Shown in pieces: positions 16,285 to 25,600 of a DNA stretch of 64,000 nucleotides. The translations under genes and the position numbers were made by a program. Under the pieces are notes generated by a model. The model saw nothing but the letters and a program-made list of their open reading frames with translations, was not told where the DNA came from and did not search any database. This DNA comes from Paracoccaceae bacterium (GTDB lineage: Bacteria > Pseudomonadota > Alphaproteobacteria > Rhodobacterales > Rhodobacteraceae): assembly GCA_020629115.1 (NCBI GenBank), contig JAHDDY010000008.1, positions 3,916 to 67,915 on the forward strand, read 5' to 3'. The first letter of the stretch is position 1, and each line of letters opens with the position of its first letter.

Positions 16285-17031
16285 TCATCCCAGCCGCTCC
16301 AGCGCGCCGTCGAGCCAGCCGAGGAAGCCGCCCGCCTTGGGTTCGGCCAGCGCGACGAGGTCGATGGCCTCGTCGGGCAGGGATTGCTGCTTGGGGCGGG
16401 GGGGCAGGTACTTGTTGACGGGCTTCGTGCCCTGTTCGGGCATCAGGTCGAAGCCCCCGCGCTCGGCGACCAGTTTCGACACGTCGCTGTCCGCATCGCC
16501 CAGGTCCCCGAAATGGCGCGCGCCGGCGGGGCAGGTGCGCACGCAGGAGGGGACGCGGTCCTCCTCGGGGATGTTCTCGTTGTAGATGCGGTCGACGCAT
16601 AGGGTGCATTTCTTCATCACCTTCTCGACCGGGTCCTTCTCTCGCGCGCCGTAGGGGCAGGCCCAGGCGCACAGGCCGCAGCCGATGCACCAGTCCTCGT
16701 GCACCAGGACGATGCCGTCCTCGGACCGCTTGAAGCTCGCCCCCGTGGGGCAGACGGTCACGCAGGGCGCATCCTCGCAGTGGAGGCAGCTCTTCGGGAA
16801 ATGCGTGATCATCGCGGGCTTGTCGGCGGGCTTCACCTCGAAGGTGTGCACCCGGTTGAGGAACGTCCCGCTCGGGTCCTCGCCATAGGCGTCCACATCC
16901 GAGAGGGGCGCGCCGTAGCCGCCCGTGTTCCACTCCTTGCAGGAGATGACGCAGGCATGGCAGCCGACGCAGGTGTCGAGGTCGATGACGAGGCCGAGCT
17001 TGCGGTCGGTGGATTCGGGCAGTTGTGTCAT
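16285..17031 (-). CDS. 4Fe-4S dicluster electron-transfer subunit (DmsB family)
   Basis: 248 aa from ATG 17031, within track ORF 16285..17955. Cys clusters CVGCHACVISC, CLHCEDAPC, CIGCGLCAWACP and CTLC...C. Confidence 0.9.
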   Translation of the reverse strand: MTQLPESTDRKLGLVIDLDTCVGCHACVISCKEWNTGGYGAPLSDVDAYGEDPSGTFLNRVHTFEVKPADKPAMITHFPKSCLHCEDAPCVTVCPTGASFKRSEDGIVLVHEDWCIGCGLCAWACPYGAREKDPVEKVMKKCTLCVDRIYNENIPEEDRVPSCVRTCPAGARHFGDLGDADSDVSKLVAERGGFDLMPEQGTKPVNKYLPPRPKQQSLPDEAIDLVALAEPKAGGFLGWLDGALERLG

Positions 17032-17870
17032 GCGGCGGCCCCCCTTGAGGATTGCGCGAAGGCGGTGTCGGCGAAGGCGGCGAGGTCGGCGTCGAACGCC
17101 TCGGGCCGCTCCCAGAACGGCGCGTGGCCCGCGCCCGGATAGGTGTAGGCGCTCGCCCGGGGCAGGGCGGCGCGGGTGGCCTCGAACATCGGCCTCGTGC
17201 AGACCTTCTCGGCCTCGCCCCAGAACAGGCCGACGGGCTTGTCGCTGGCGAGCAGGGTGGTGGCGTCGGGGCCGTCCCTGCGGATGCGCGCGGCCTTGCG
17301 CACCTCGGGCGGGACGAGCATGTTCAGCCCCGTCATCATGGCGAGATCCTGCTTCGAGAGCGGTGCGGCGAAGCAGGTGCGCAGGAAGCCGATCACCGAG
17401 GTCAGCGCGACCCCCTGATCGGCGGAATAGGCCCCCGTGGCCATCACTGCCGCGCTGCGCTTTCCCTCGCCCGCCGCCGTGACCGACGCGCCGACCAGCG
17501 CCGCCCCCGCGATGCCCGCGTCGCCGTGCAGGGACAGGTAGTCCATCACGATCCACCCCCCCAGCGACCAGCCGACGAGGAGCGGCCTGTCCAGCGACAG
17601 CTCGCGAATGACCGCCCGCACGTCGTCGGCCCAGGGCGCGGCGCAATCGTAGTGATGCGCCTCCAGCGGCTTGTCGGACGCCCCGTGCCCGCGCAGGTCC
17701 GGCGCGATCAGGCGAAACCGCCCGGCCAACGCCCCGCCGAACTGCTTGGACCAGCTCAGATGATGCTGCGACCAGCCATGGATCAGCAGGATCGGCGGCC
17801 CCTCCGGGTTGCCCCCCTCGCGCACATGCAGCCGCACGCCGCCATAGCCGGTGACGGTATGGGAGATCAT
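17028..17870 (-). CDS. Alpha/beta-fold hydrolase
   Basis: 280 aa. PPILLIHGW oxyanion region, nucleophile elbow GWSLGG, C-terminal GHAPF. 4-nt overlaps with both neighbours. Confidence 0.85.
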   Translation of the reverse strand: MISHTVTGYGGVRLHVREGGNPEGPPILLIHGWSQHHLSWSKQFGGALAGRFRLIAPDLRGHGASDKPLEAHHYDCAAPWADDVRAVIRELSLDRPLLVGWSLGGWIVMDYLSLHGDAGIAGAALVGASVTAAGEGKRSAAVMATGAYSADQGVALTSVIGFLRTCFAAPLSKQDLAMMTGLNMLVPPEVRKAARIRRDGPDATTLLASDKPVGLFWGEAEKVCTRPMFEATRAALPRASAYTYPGAGHAPFWERPEAFDADLAAFADTAFAQSSRGAAA

Positions 17871-18487
17871 CCCGCCCCCTCCGGCATGGCCGCGTCGTCC
17901 AGCGCGGCGGCGCGGCGATAGGCGTCGCGGTCCTGCACCCGGCCCGCATAGGCACGGAAGGCCGGACTGTCGGGTAGGGTGCCGAACTGCAAGCCCCAGC
18001 TCACCGCCGCGCCGACATATACGTCGACCGCGGTGAAGCGCGGCCCCGCGATATAGGCGTCCGTCGCCACCGCCCCTTCTAGTGCGGCGACGGCTTGGTC
18101 GTATCCGCCATACCCCGCCATCGCCGATTTCTCAGGCGGCACCTCGAAGCCGAGATTGCGGTTCGTGATGGCTTGCTCCACCGGGCCGGCGGCGAAGAAG
18201 AGCCAGCGGTAATAAGCCCCCCGCTCCTCGGCCTTGGGAGCGAGGTCCGCTTTCGGGAACGCCTCGGCCATGTAGGCGCAGATCGCCGCCGCTTCGGTCA
18301 CGACCTGCTCGCCATGGACGAGGCAGGGCACCTTGCCCATGGGGTTGACGGCGAGGTAGTCGGGGGCCTTCATCGTCGTGCCGTAGGCGAGCATCTCGAC
18401 CCGGTAAGGCTGGCCGACCTCCTCCATCATCCACCGCGCGATGCGCCCGCGGGACATGGGATTGGTGTAGAGCGTCAGGTCGCTCAC
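17867..18487 (-). CDS. Glutathione S-transferase family protein
   Basis: 206 aa from GTG 18487, which overlaps the molybdoenzyme stop (GTGA). Thioredoxin-like N-domain LTLYTNPMSRG...LAVNPMGKVPCLVH. Confidence 0.8.
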   Translation of the reverse strand: MSDLTLYTNPMSRGRIARWMMEEVGQPYRVEMLAYGTTMKAPDYLAVNPMGKVPCLVHGEQVVTEAAAICAYMAEAFPKADLAPKAEERGAYYRWLFFAAGPVEQAITNRNLGFEVPPEKSAMAGYGGYDQAVAALEGAVATDAYIAGPRFTAVDVYVGAAVSWGLQFGTLPDSPAFRAYAGRVQDRDAYRRAAALDDAAMPEGAG

Positions 18488-21339
18488 GTCTTCCACTCCT
18501 CGCCGTAGGAGATGACGGACGGTCCTTCCGGGGCGGGGCCTTTCTGTGCCTCGAAGCTCGGCTTGGTCATGGCGGGCGGGGCGTCGGCCTTCTCGATCTT
18601 CACGCGCAGGTCGTACCAGGCCGCCTGCCCGGTGATGGGGTCGGAGTTGAGCCAGCGCATCCCGTCGCCCTTCTCGGGGAGCAGTTCGTGGATGAGGTGG
18701 TTCAGGAGGAAGCCCTGCCTCGCCTCCGGCGCGTTCTCGTTCAGCGCCCAAGCACCGGCGCGCTTGCCGATGGCGTTCCAGGTCCAGAGCGTCTTGCCGT
18801 TCACCGCGTCCATCCGCGCGACCGGCACCGTGATGCGCCCGTGATGCGAGGACACGTGCGCCCAGTCCCCGTCCCGCAGCCCGTGCGCGTCGCAGATCTC
18901 GCCCGGCACGTAGAGCGGGTTGCGCCCGTGGATCTGGCGCAGCCAGGCGTTCTGCGATCCCCACGAATGGTACATCGCCGCCGGGCGCTGGGTGATGGCG
19001 TGAAGCGGGTACTCGGCTTGGTCGACCCGCGTTTCCTCGTAAGGCGCGTACCAGATGGGCAGGGGGTCGAACGCCTCCGCGACGCGCGCGCGCAGGTGCT
19101 CGGGCGGCTGACGCTCGCCATGGCCCTCGGCGGCGAGGCGGAATTTCTGGAGCGTCTCGACGTAGAGCTGCATCGTGTAGGGCTGGGGCGCGTCGAAGAA
19201 GCCGAGCTTCACGGCCCAGTCCTGATACGCCTGGTTCGCGAACTTGTAATAGGCCGCCTCGTCCGGCACGTGCTCGATCCAGAAGCCGCCGTTCTCGATG
19301 TAGCGCTCCATCTGCTTCGGGTTGGGCGCGCCGCGCCCGTGGCTCTCCCCGTCCTCGCCGCGCCAGCCCGCGAGGGGGCCGATACCGGGCTTGCGCTCGT
19401 GGTTCACGATGTAGTCGGCGTAATCCGCGTATTTCTGCGATCCGTCCTCGTTCACGAAGCCGGGCAGGCCGAGCATCGCGCCGAGATCGCACAGGGAGGA
19501 CTGGAAGCCCTTCACGTCCCGCCCGACGCCTTGCGTCTTCGGATCGACCACCGGATGCCGGATCGCGTCGGCGGCGGCATCGGCCTCGCAGATGGGCCGG
19601 TCCAGCAGCGAGATGCAGTCGTGCCGCTCCAGATAGGTCGTGTCCGGCAGCACCAGGTCGGCATAGGCGACCATCTCGGACGAATAGGCATCCGAGTAGA
19701 TGATATGCGGGATGGTGTACTCGCCATCCGGCTCGCGCTGCTCCAGCATGTCCATCACGCCGCGCGTGTTCATCGAACTGTTCCACGACATGTTCGCCAT
19801 GTAGAGGAAGAGCGTGTCGATGGGGTAGGGGTCCTTCGCCGCCGCATTCGAGATGACCATGTGCATCAGCCCGTGGGCCGACATCGGCGCATCCCACGAG
19901 AACGCCTTGTCGATGCGCCTCGGGCTGCCATCCTCGTTGATCATCAGGTCTTCGGGTCCGCGCGCGTAGCCCAGATGCGGGCCGTCGAGGGCGGTGTTGG
20001 GCTTGTGGCCCGAATGGGGCTTCGGATGCGCCTCCATCGGCTTGGGGTAGGGCGGCTTGAACCGGAAGCCGCCGGGGCATTCGACCGAGCCGAGCAGCAG
20101 CTGCAGCACGTGGATCGCGCGGCAGGTCTGGAAGCCGTTGGAATGGGCGCTGATGCCGCGCATGGCGTGGAAGCTGACCGGGCGGCCCGTCATCGTCTCG
20201 TGCCGCTCGCCGTACACGTCGGTCCAGGGCTGGTCGATCTCGATGGCTTCCTCGAAGGCGGTATAGGCCAGTTCCGCCGCCAGCCGCCGGATGGTCGCGG
20301 CATCCACACCCGTCTTCTCGGCCACGGCGTCCGGCGCATACTGCCCGTCGAGATACTTCTCGGCGATAAGCTGGAAGACCGGGACGGCCACGCGTCCGTC
20401 CTCCAGCCGCGCCTCGCCCTGAAGCGCGGCGTTCTTGCGGCCCGTCTTCGCCTTCTGCACCACGCTGACATGGCGGTTCATCACCAGCGGGTTGCCGTCA
20501 TTGTCCCGCGCGAACATCCCGTCATCCGGCGCGCCGGGGTCCTGGATCACCAGCCACGGCGCGTTGGTGTAGCGCAGCAGGTAGTCGAGATCGACGTGCC
20601 CCGTGCGGATCAGCTCGTGGATCATCGACAGGATGAAGAGACCGTCCGTCCCCGGCGTGACGCCCACCCATTCGTCGGCGATAGCGTTGTAGCCCGTGCG
20701 CACCGGGTTCACGGCCACCACCTTGGCCCCGCGTTCCTTCAGGCGGCCGAGGCCCATCTTGATGGGGTTCGAATCGTGATCCTCGGCGACGCCGAAGATC
20801 ATGAACAGCTTGGTCCGCTCCCAGTCCGGCGAGCCGAATTCCCAGAACGCGCCGCCCATCGTGTAGATGCCCGCCGCCGCCATGTTGACGGAGCAGAAGC
20901 CCCCGTGGGCGGCGTAGTTGGGCGTCCCGAACGCCTGCGCCCACATGCCGGTGAAGCTCTGCGACTGGTCGCGGCCCGTGAAGAAGGCGAGCTTCGACGG
21001 ATCGGTCTCGCGGATGGGCCTGAGCCAGGAGGCGGCGGTCCTGAGCGCCTCGTCCCAGGAGATCGGCTCGAACTCGCCCGACCCGCGCGGCCCGACGCGC
21101 TTGAGTGGCGTCATCAGACGGGCGGGGGAGTAGTGCTGCATGATCCCCGCGCTACCCTTCGCGCACAGGACGCCCTTGTTCACGGGATGCTTCTTGTTGC
21201 CCTCGATGTAGCGGACCAGCCCGTCGCGGACATGCACGTTGATCCCGCAGCGGCAGGCGCACATGTAGCAGGTCGTGCATTTCACCTCGTCCGAGACCTT
21301 CGGGGAGCGGTCGAGGGGCGGCTCGTCGAGAGGGGGCAT
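18484..21339 (-). CDS. Molybdopterin-dependent oxidoreductase catalytic subunit (DMSO reductase family), no Tat signal
   Basis: 951 aa. N-terminal FS0 cluster motif CTTCYMCACRCG...LCAKG. FGTPNYAAHGGFCSVNMAAAG. The N-terminus MPPLDEPPLDRSPKV has no twin-arginine signal. Confidence 0.9.
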   Translation of the reverse strand: MPPLDEPPLDRSPKVSDEVKCTTCYMCACRCGINVHVRDGLVRYIEGNKKHPVNKGVLCAKGSAGIMQHYSPARLMTPLKRVGPRGSGEFEPISWDEALRTAASWLRPIRETDPSKLAFFTGRDQSQSFTGMWAQAFGTPNYAAHGGFCSVNMAAAGIYTMGGAFWEFGSPDWERTKLFMIFGVAEDHDSNPIKMGLGRLKERGAKVVAVNPVRTGYNAIADEWVGVTPGTDGLFILSMIHELIRTGHVDLDYLLRYTNAPWLVIQDPGAPDDGMFARDNDGNPLVMNRHVSVVQKAKTGRKNAALQGEARLEDGRVAVPVFQLIAEKYLDGQYAPDAVAEKTGVDAATIRRLAAELAYTAFEEAIEIDQPWTDVYGERHETMTGRPVSFHAMRGISAHSNGFQTCRAIHVLQLLLGSVECPGGFRFKPPYPKPMEAHPKPHSGHKPNTALDGPHLGYARGPEDLMINEDGSPRRIDKAFSWDAPMSAHGLMHMVISNAAAKDPYPIDTLFLYMANMSWNSSMNTRGVMDMLEQREPDGEYTIPHIIYSDAYSSEMVAYADLVLPDTTYLERHDCISLLDRPICEADAAADAIRHPVVDPKTQGVGRDVKGFQSSLCDLGAMLGLPGFVNEDGSQKYADYADYIVNHERKPGIGPLAGWRGEDGESHGRGAPNPKQMERYIENGGFWIEHVPDEAAYYKFANQAYQDWAVKLGFFDAPQPYTMQLYVETLQKFRLAAEGHGERQPPEHLRARVAEAFDPLPIWYAPYEETRVDQAEYPLHAITQRPAAMYHSWGSQNAWLRQIHGRNPLYVPGEICDAHGLRDGDWAHVSSHHGRITVPVARMDAVNGKTLWTWNAIGKRAGAWALNENAPEARQGFLLNHLIHELLPEKGDGMRWLNSDPITGQAAWYDLRVKIEKADAPPAMTKPSFEAQKGPAPEGPSVISYGEEWKT

Positions 21340-21688
21340 GTGTTGTCCTCGGGCAGGGGGGCGGCCCGTCCCGGGACCGCCGTGTCATCTCGGGTTGTGC
21401 GGCAGGGCATCGGCCCCGTCAAGCGTCCGGCCCGCCGTATGCCCCGATCGGATCGGGAATATTGAAAACACAGGTATCAATTTTCGCCGTTCCGCGCCAG
21501 TGCCATTCTGACGCGATGCCCGCGTTGACAGGGGCGCTGTCGAATGCGCTTTACATGCGCTATGTTGCAGTGCAGTATAAATGCAGGACCTTGCGACGAC
21601 CCTTTTCACCGTTCCTGCCGGCTTCCGGTGGGAGCCACCCGTGCCGTCGCGTCCACCCATTCAGCCCTGACAGAAGCGAGCCTCACAC

Positions 21689-22750
21689 ATGGACACATCG
21701 TTCCTCGACGCCATGCGCCGCGCGACCCGGGCCACGCAGGACGGCGACCCCATGGACGCCACGCGCATTATCCGCGAGGCGCTGTCCGGGGGGGCGGAGG
21801 CACAGGCCGCTCCGGCGGACGCGTTCGACGGCGTGACCATCGACGGCGAACTGGCCGACGCGCCGGAGCGGCCCGGCCCCGTCGAGCCGGACGGTCCCGC
21901 CGACCCCGCCCCCATGATCTCGCAATCCTGGAGCGGCGCGGCGGGGGCGCGGGACTATCGCCTCTTCCTGCCGCCCCAGGCGCCGGAGGGCGTGCGCGGC
22001 CTCGTCCTGATGCTGCACGGCTGCACCCAGGGACCGGACGATTTCGCCCGGGGCACGGCCATGAACGCCATCGCCGCGCGCGAGGGCCTGATCGTCGCCT
22101 ATCCCGGCCAGACCAGCGCGCACAACCAGAACGGCTGCTGGAACTGGTTCGAGCCGCTGCACCAGGGTCGCGACGTCGGCGAGCCGGCCATCCTCGCGGG
22201 CATCGCGCAGGATATCGCGCGGGTGCACGGCGTGCCGCCCGGCACGACCTTCGCCGCCGGTCTCTCCGCCGGGGGGGCGATGGCGGCGATCCTGGGACAG
22301 GCCTATCCGGACGTGTTCTCGGCCGTGGGCGTGCATTCGGGCCTGCCGGCGGGATCGGCGCGGGACATCCCGTCCGCCTTCGCCGCGATGAAGGGGACGG
22401 GGCAGGGCGGCGCGGCGACCCTGCCGCCGGGTGCGCCCCATGCGCGCACCATGATCGTCCACGGCGAGCGCGACCGCACGGTCGATCCGGTCAACGCCGC
22501 GCGTCTGCTCGCCGCGCTGACGGAGGCGTATCCCGATGCCGTGCCCGAACGCGACGCGGTCGCCCGGCCCGGTCTCGACCGCCTGCGCCTGCGCCGGCCC
22601 GACGGCACGGTGGCGGTGGAATACTGGCGCATCCCGGCGCTGGGCCATGCCTGGTCGGGCGGCGATCCGGCGGGCAGCTACACCGCGCCGCGCAAGCCCG
22701 ACGCCTCCGCGGGGCTGGTGCGCTTCTTCCTCGACCCGAAGGCGTCGTGA
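21689..22750 (+). CDS. PHB depolymerase-family esterase (LpqC-like)
   Basis: 353 aa. LVLMLHGCTQGPDDFARGTAMN...NQNGCWNWF and nucleophile GLSAGGAM. Confidence 0.8.
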   Translation: MDTSFLDAMRRATRATQDGDPMDATRIIREALSGGAEAQAAPADAFDGVTIDGELADAPERPGPVEPDGPADPAPMISQSWSGAAGARDYRLFLPPQAPEGVRGLVLMLHGCTQGPDDFARGTAMNAIAAREGLIVAYPGQTSAHNQNGCWNWFEPLHQGRDVGEPAILAGIAQDIARVHGVPPGTTFAAGLSAGGAMAAILGQAYPDVFSAVGVHSGLPAGSARDIPSAFAAMKGTGQGGAATLPPGAPHARTMIVHGERDRTVDPVNAARLLAALTEAYPDAVPERDAVARPGLDRLRLRRPDGTVAVEYWRIPALGHAWSGGDPAGSYTAPRKPDASAGLVRFFLDPKAS

Positions 22751-22942
22751 CGTCCCGACCGGCGCATTCGTTGCAGAATCGAGACGAAACGTCTCGTTAT
22801 CGTCCGTAAAAACGGGGTGTACCCTGTTGCGCTGTCCGGAGCGATGGTGAAAACTGTGTCGCAAGAGCGGTGACAAGCTCGATGACCAACAGGAACGGCG
22901 GCGCGGGCATAGCGCCGTCGCCGAGATACCCCGGGAGAAACG

Positions 22943-24574
22943 ATGACCGATTTCAAGAACACCGACCCCCGCCTCCTCACGCTCGGCCACCGCGAGCGCC
23001 AGCATCTCGACGGCATGATGAAGCGCGGGGCGTCCCGCCGCGACGTGATGGGCTGGCTGATGGCCGCCGGGGCCACCACCTTCGCCTCCGGCACCCTCTT
23101 CGACGGCCTCGCCCATGCGGCGGCCCACACCCCCAAGGTGGGCGGCAAGCTCATCATGGCGGGCGATCAGCACGGCCCGAACGACACGCTCGACCCCGCG
23201 CTCTTCACCTCCGCCGTCGACTACTTCCGCGGCCGCATGTTCTACGGCTCGCTGACGCGCCTCACCGATTCGCTCGGCTACGAGCCTGAGCTGGCCGAGG
23301 AGGTGCTGTCGAACGACGACGCGACCGAGTGGACCTTCAAGATCCGCCGCGGCGTCGAGTTCCACGACGGCAAGACCCTGACCGCCGACGACGTGATCTA
23401 CACGATGATGCGCCACATGGGCGAGGATTCGGTGTCCAAGGCCGCCTCCCTCGTCGCCATGGTCGAGAAGTGGGAGAAGGTGAACGACTACGAGGTGAAG
23501 GCGACCCTCTCCTCGCCCAACGCCGACCTGCCCATCGCGCTCGGCACGTTCCACTTCAAGATCCTCCAGGACGGCACCACCGACTTCGCGACCGCCGTCG
23601 GCACCGGCCCCTACCGCGTCAAGGAGTTCAAGCCCGGCGTGCGCGCCGTGGGCACGCGCTTCGAGAACTACTGGACCGAGGGCGGCTATCTCGACGAGCT
23701 GGAGCATTACGGCATCGGCGATTCGACCGCGCGCCTCAACGCCTTCCTCGCCGGCGATATCGACGCGATGGTCAACCTGCCGCCCAAGGCCATCAACCAG
23801 GTCGAGGGTACGGACGGCAAGGAGATCTGGGCGCTCGAATCCGGCGCCTACATCAACATCGCCCCGCGCCAGGACATGCAGCCCTCCGGCAACATGCACC
23901 TCCAGCGCGCGATGCAGTATCTCCAGGACCGCCAGCGCCTCGTGAAAGGCGTCTTCAAGGGGCAGGCCTCGATTGGCAACGACCATCCCATCGCCCCGGC
24001 TTATTTCGACCACTCGCCCGACATCCCGCAGCGCGAGCTGGACCCGGAGAAGGCGAAGTACCACTTCGAGCAGTCCGGCATCGGCTCGGCGGCCATCCCT
24101 GTCGTCGCGGCGGAGGTCGCCCCCGGCGCGGTCGAGCAGTGCCTGTTCATGCAGCGCGAGGGCCGCAAGATCGGCATGAACTTCGACGTGAAGAAGGTCA
24201 CCACCGACGGCTACTGGGGCGCGGTCTGGCTCAAGGAGCCGATCTGCGTGGCCTCCTGGAACATGCGTCCGACGGCCAACATCATGATGACCCTTGCCTT
24301 CAAGGGCAGCGCGGACTGGAACGAGACCCGCTGGTCCAGTGAGAAGTTCGACTCCATGCTCACCGAGGTGCGCGGCGTGACCGACGCGGCCAAGCGCAAG
24401 GAGATGTACCACGAGCTTCAGATGATGATCCACGAGGATAACGGCATGGCCATCCCGGCCTTCCGCAACTACGTGGACGCCGCCGCCAGCCACGTGAAGG
24501 GCCGCACCATGGTGCCGCTCAACAACTTCGGCGGCGCGGAAGCCCCCCTGACCCTCTGGCGCGACGACGCCTGA
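22943..24574 (+). CDS. ABC transporter substrate-binding protein, family 5 (peptide/nickel/opine type), Tat-type signal
   Basis: 543 aa. SRRDVMGWLMAAGATTFASG twin-arginine leader. Family-5 solute-binding protein (SBP) architecture. Followed by two permease genes and a fused ATPase gene. Confidence 0.9.
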   Translation: MTDFKNTDPRLLTLGHRERQHLDGMMKRGASRRDVMGWLMAAGATTFASGTLFDGLAHAAAHTPKVGGKLIMAGDQHGPNDTLDPALFTSAVDYFRGRMFYGSLTRLTDSLGYEPELAEEVLSNDDATEWTFKIRRGVEFHDGKTLTADDVIYTMMRHMGEDSVSKAASLVAMVEKWEKVNDYEVKATLSSPNADLPIALGTFHFKILQDGTTDFATAVGTGPYRVKEFKPGVRAVGTRFENYWTEGGYLDELEHYGIGDSTARLNAFLAGDIDAMVNLPPKAINQVEGTDGKEIWALESGAYINIAPRQDMQPSGNMHLQRAMQYLQDRQRLVKGVFKGQASIGNDHPIAPAYFDHSPDIPQRELDPEKAKYHFEQSGIGSAAIPVVAAEVAPGAVEQCLFMQREGRKIGMNFDVKKVTTDGYWGAVWLKEPICVASWNMRPTANIMMTLAFKGSADWNETRWSSEKFDSMLTEVRGVTDAAKRKEMYHELQMMIHEDNGMAIPAFRNYVDAAASHVKGRTMVPLNNFGGAEAPLTLWRDDA

Positions 24575-24584
24575 CCGCGTCGAC

Positions 24585-24622
24585 GCGATCCCCTTCCCCG
24601 TTCCGGCGGGGGAGGGGATCGC
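24585..24622 (+). other. Strong intercistronic stem-loop between the SBP and permease genes
   Basis: GCGATCCCCTTCCCCG (24585-24600) pairs with CGGGGGAGGGGATCGC (24607-24622): 16-bp stem with one mismatch. No U-tract follows. Confidence 0.5.
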
Positions 24623-24649
24623 ACGGTTCACCAGCATGGGGGGCAGCCG

Positions 24650-25600
24650 ATGACCGGCCTCATCCTTCGCCGTCTCGGCATCGGTCTCGTGACCGTCCTC
24701 GCCGTGTCCGTCATCATCTTCTTCGGCACCAAGATCCTGCCCGGCGACGTCGCCCAGATACGGCTGGGCCAGGCGGCGACCGAGGAGAACGTGGCCGCCT
24801 TCCGCGAGCGCCTGGGCCTCGACCGGCCCTACTGGCAACAGTATCTCGGCTGGCTCTCGAACTTCCTGCGCGGGGATCTCGGCATCTCCCTCGCCTCCGA
24901 CGTGCCGATCACGAACCTCATCGCCGACCGCTACCAGAACACGATCATCGTCTCCGGCCTGACCGCGCTCATCGGGGTGCCGGTGTCGCTGATGCTCGGC
25001 ATCACGGCGGCGATGTTCCCCGGCAGCCTCTACGACCGCGTGCTGACCTTCGTGTCGGTCTCGCTGGTCGCTGCGCCGGAATTCTTCACCGCGACGCTTC
25101 TGGTGCTGCTCTTCGTCTTCGCCCTCGACCTCGGCAATGCCGTGGTGGTGGGCAGTACCGAGGGCAAGGGCTTCTTCGAGCTGATCGCGCATTTCGCCCT
25201 GCCCATCGCGACGCTCAGCTTCGTCATCGCGTCGCAGCTCATCCGCATGAGCCGCGCGGCGGTGCTGAACGTCATGTCCTCGCCCTATATCGAGATGGCC
25301 ATCCTCAAGGGCGTGCCGCGCGGGCGCATCATCTTCCGCCATGCGCTGCTGAACGCCATCGGTCCCATCGTCAACGTGGTCGCGCTCAACCTCGCCTATC
25401 TCGTGACCGGCGTGATCGTTGTGGAGGTCTATTTCGCCTATCCGGGCCTCGCCACCCTCATCGTGCAGGGCGTGCAGAGCCGCGACTACGTGCTGATCCA
25501 GGGCCTGGGCATGATCTTCTGCCTGACCTACGTCGTCCTGATGCTGATCGCCGATATCGCGGCCTACGCCTCCAACCCCCGCCTGAGGCACCCCAAATGA
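24650..25600 (+). CDS. ABC transporter permease (DppB/OppB-like)
   Basis: 316 aa, six-TM BPD-type permease. N-terminal LILRRLGIGLVTVLAVSVIIFF. Confidence 0.9.
   Translation: MTGLILRRLGIGLVTVLAVSVIIFFGTKILPGDVAQIRLGQAATEENVAAFRERLGLDRPYWQQYLGWLSNFLRGDLGISLASDVPITNLIADRYQNTIIVSGLTALIGVPVSLMLGITAAMFPGSLYDRVLTFVSVSLVAAPEFFTATLLVLLFVFALDLGNAVVVGSTEGKGFFELIAHFALPIATLSFVIASQLIRMSRAAVLNVMSSPYIEMAILKGVPRGRIIFRHALLNAIGPIVNVVALNLAYLVTGVIVVEVYFAYPGLATLIVQGVQSRDYVLIQGLGMIFCLTYVVLMLIADIAAYASNPRLRHPK

Noticed and set aside
21461-21481. FNR/Crp-type box ATTGAAAACACAGGTATCAAT upstream of the molybdoenzyme operon
   Set aside because: The half-sites TTGA and TCAA are separated by 11 nt, not the 6 nt of the TTGAT-N4-ATCAA consensus. 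It is therefore not a canonical FNR site. It is kept only as part of the general regulatory-region observation.
22780-22796. Hairpin CGAGACG-aaa-CGTCTCG after the esterase gene as an intrinsic terminator
   Set aside because: The stem is only 7 bp and is followed by TTAT, not a U-tract. It could be a weak terminator or an operator, but the evidence is too thin for a feature call.
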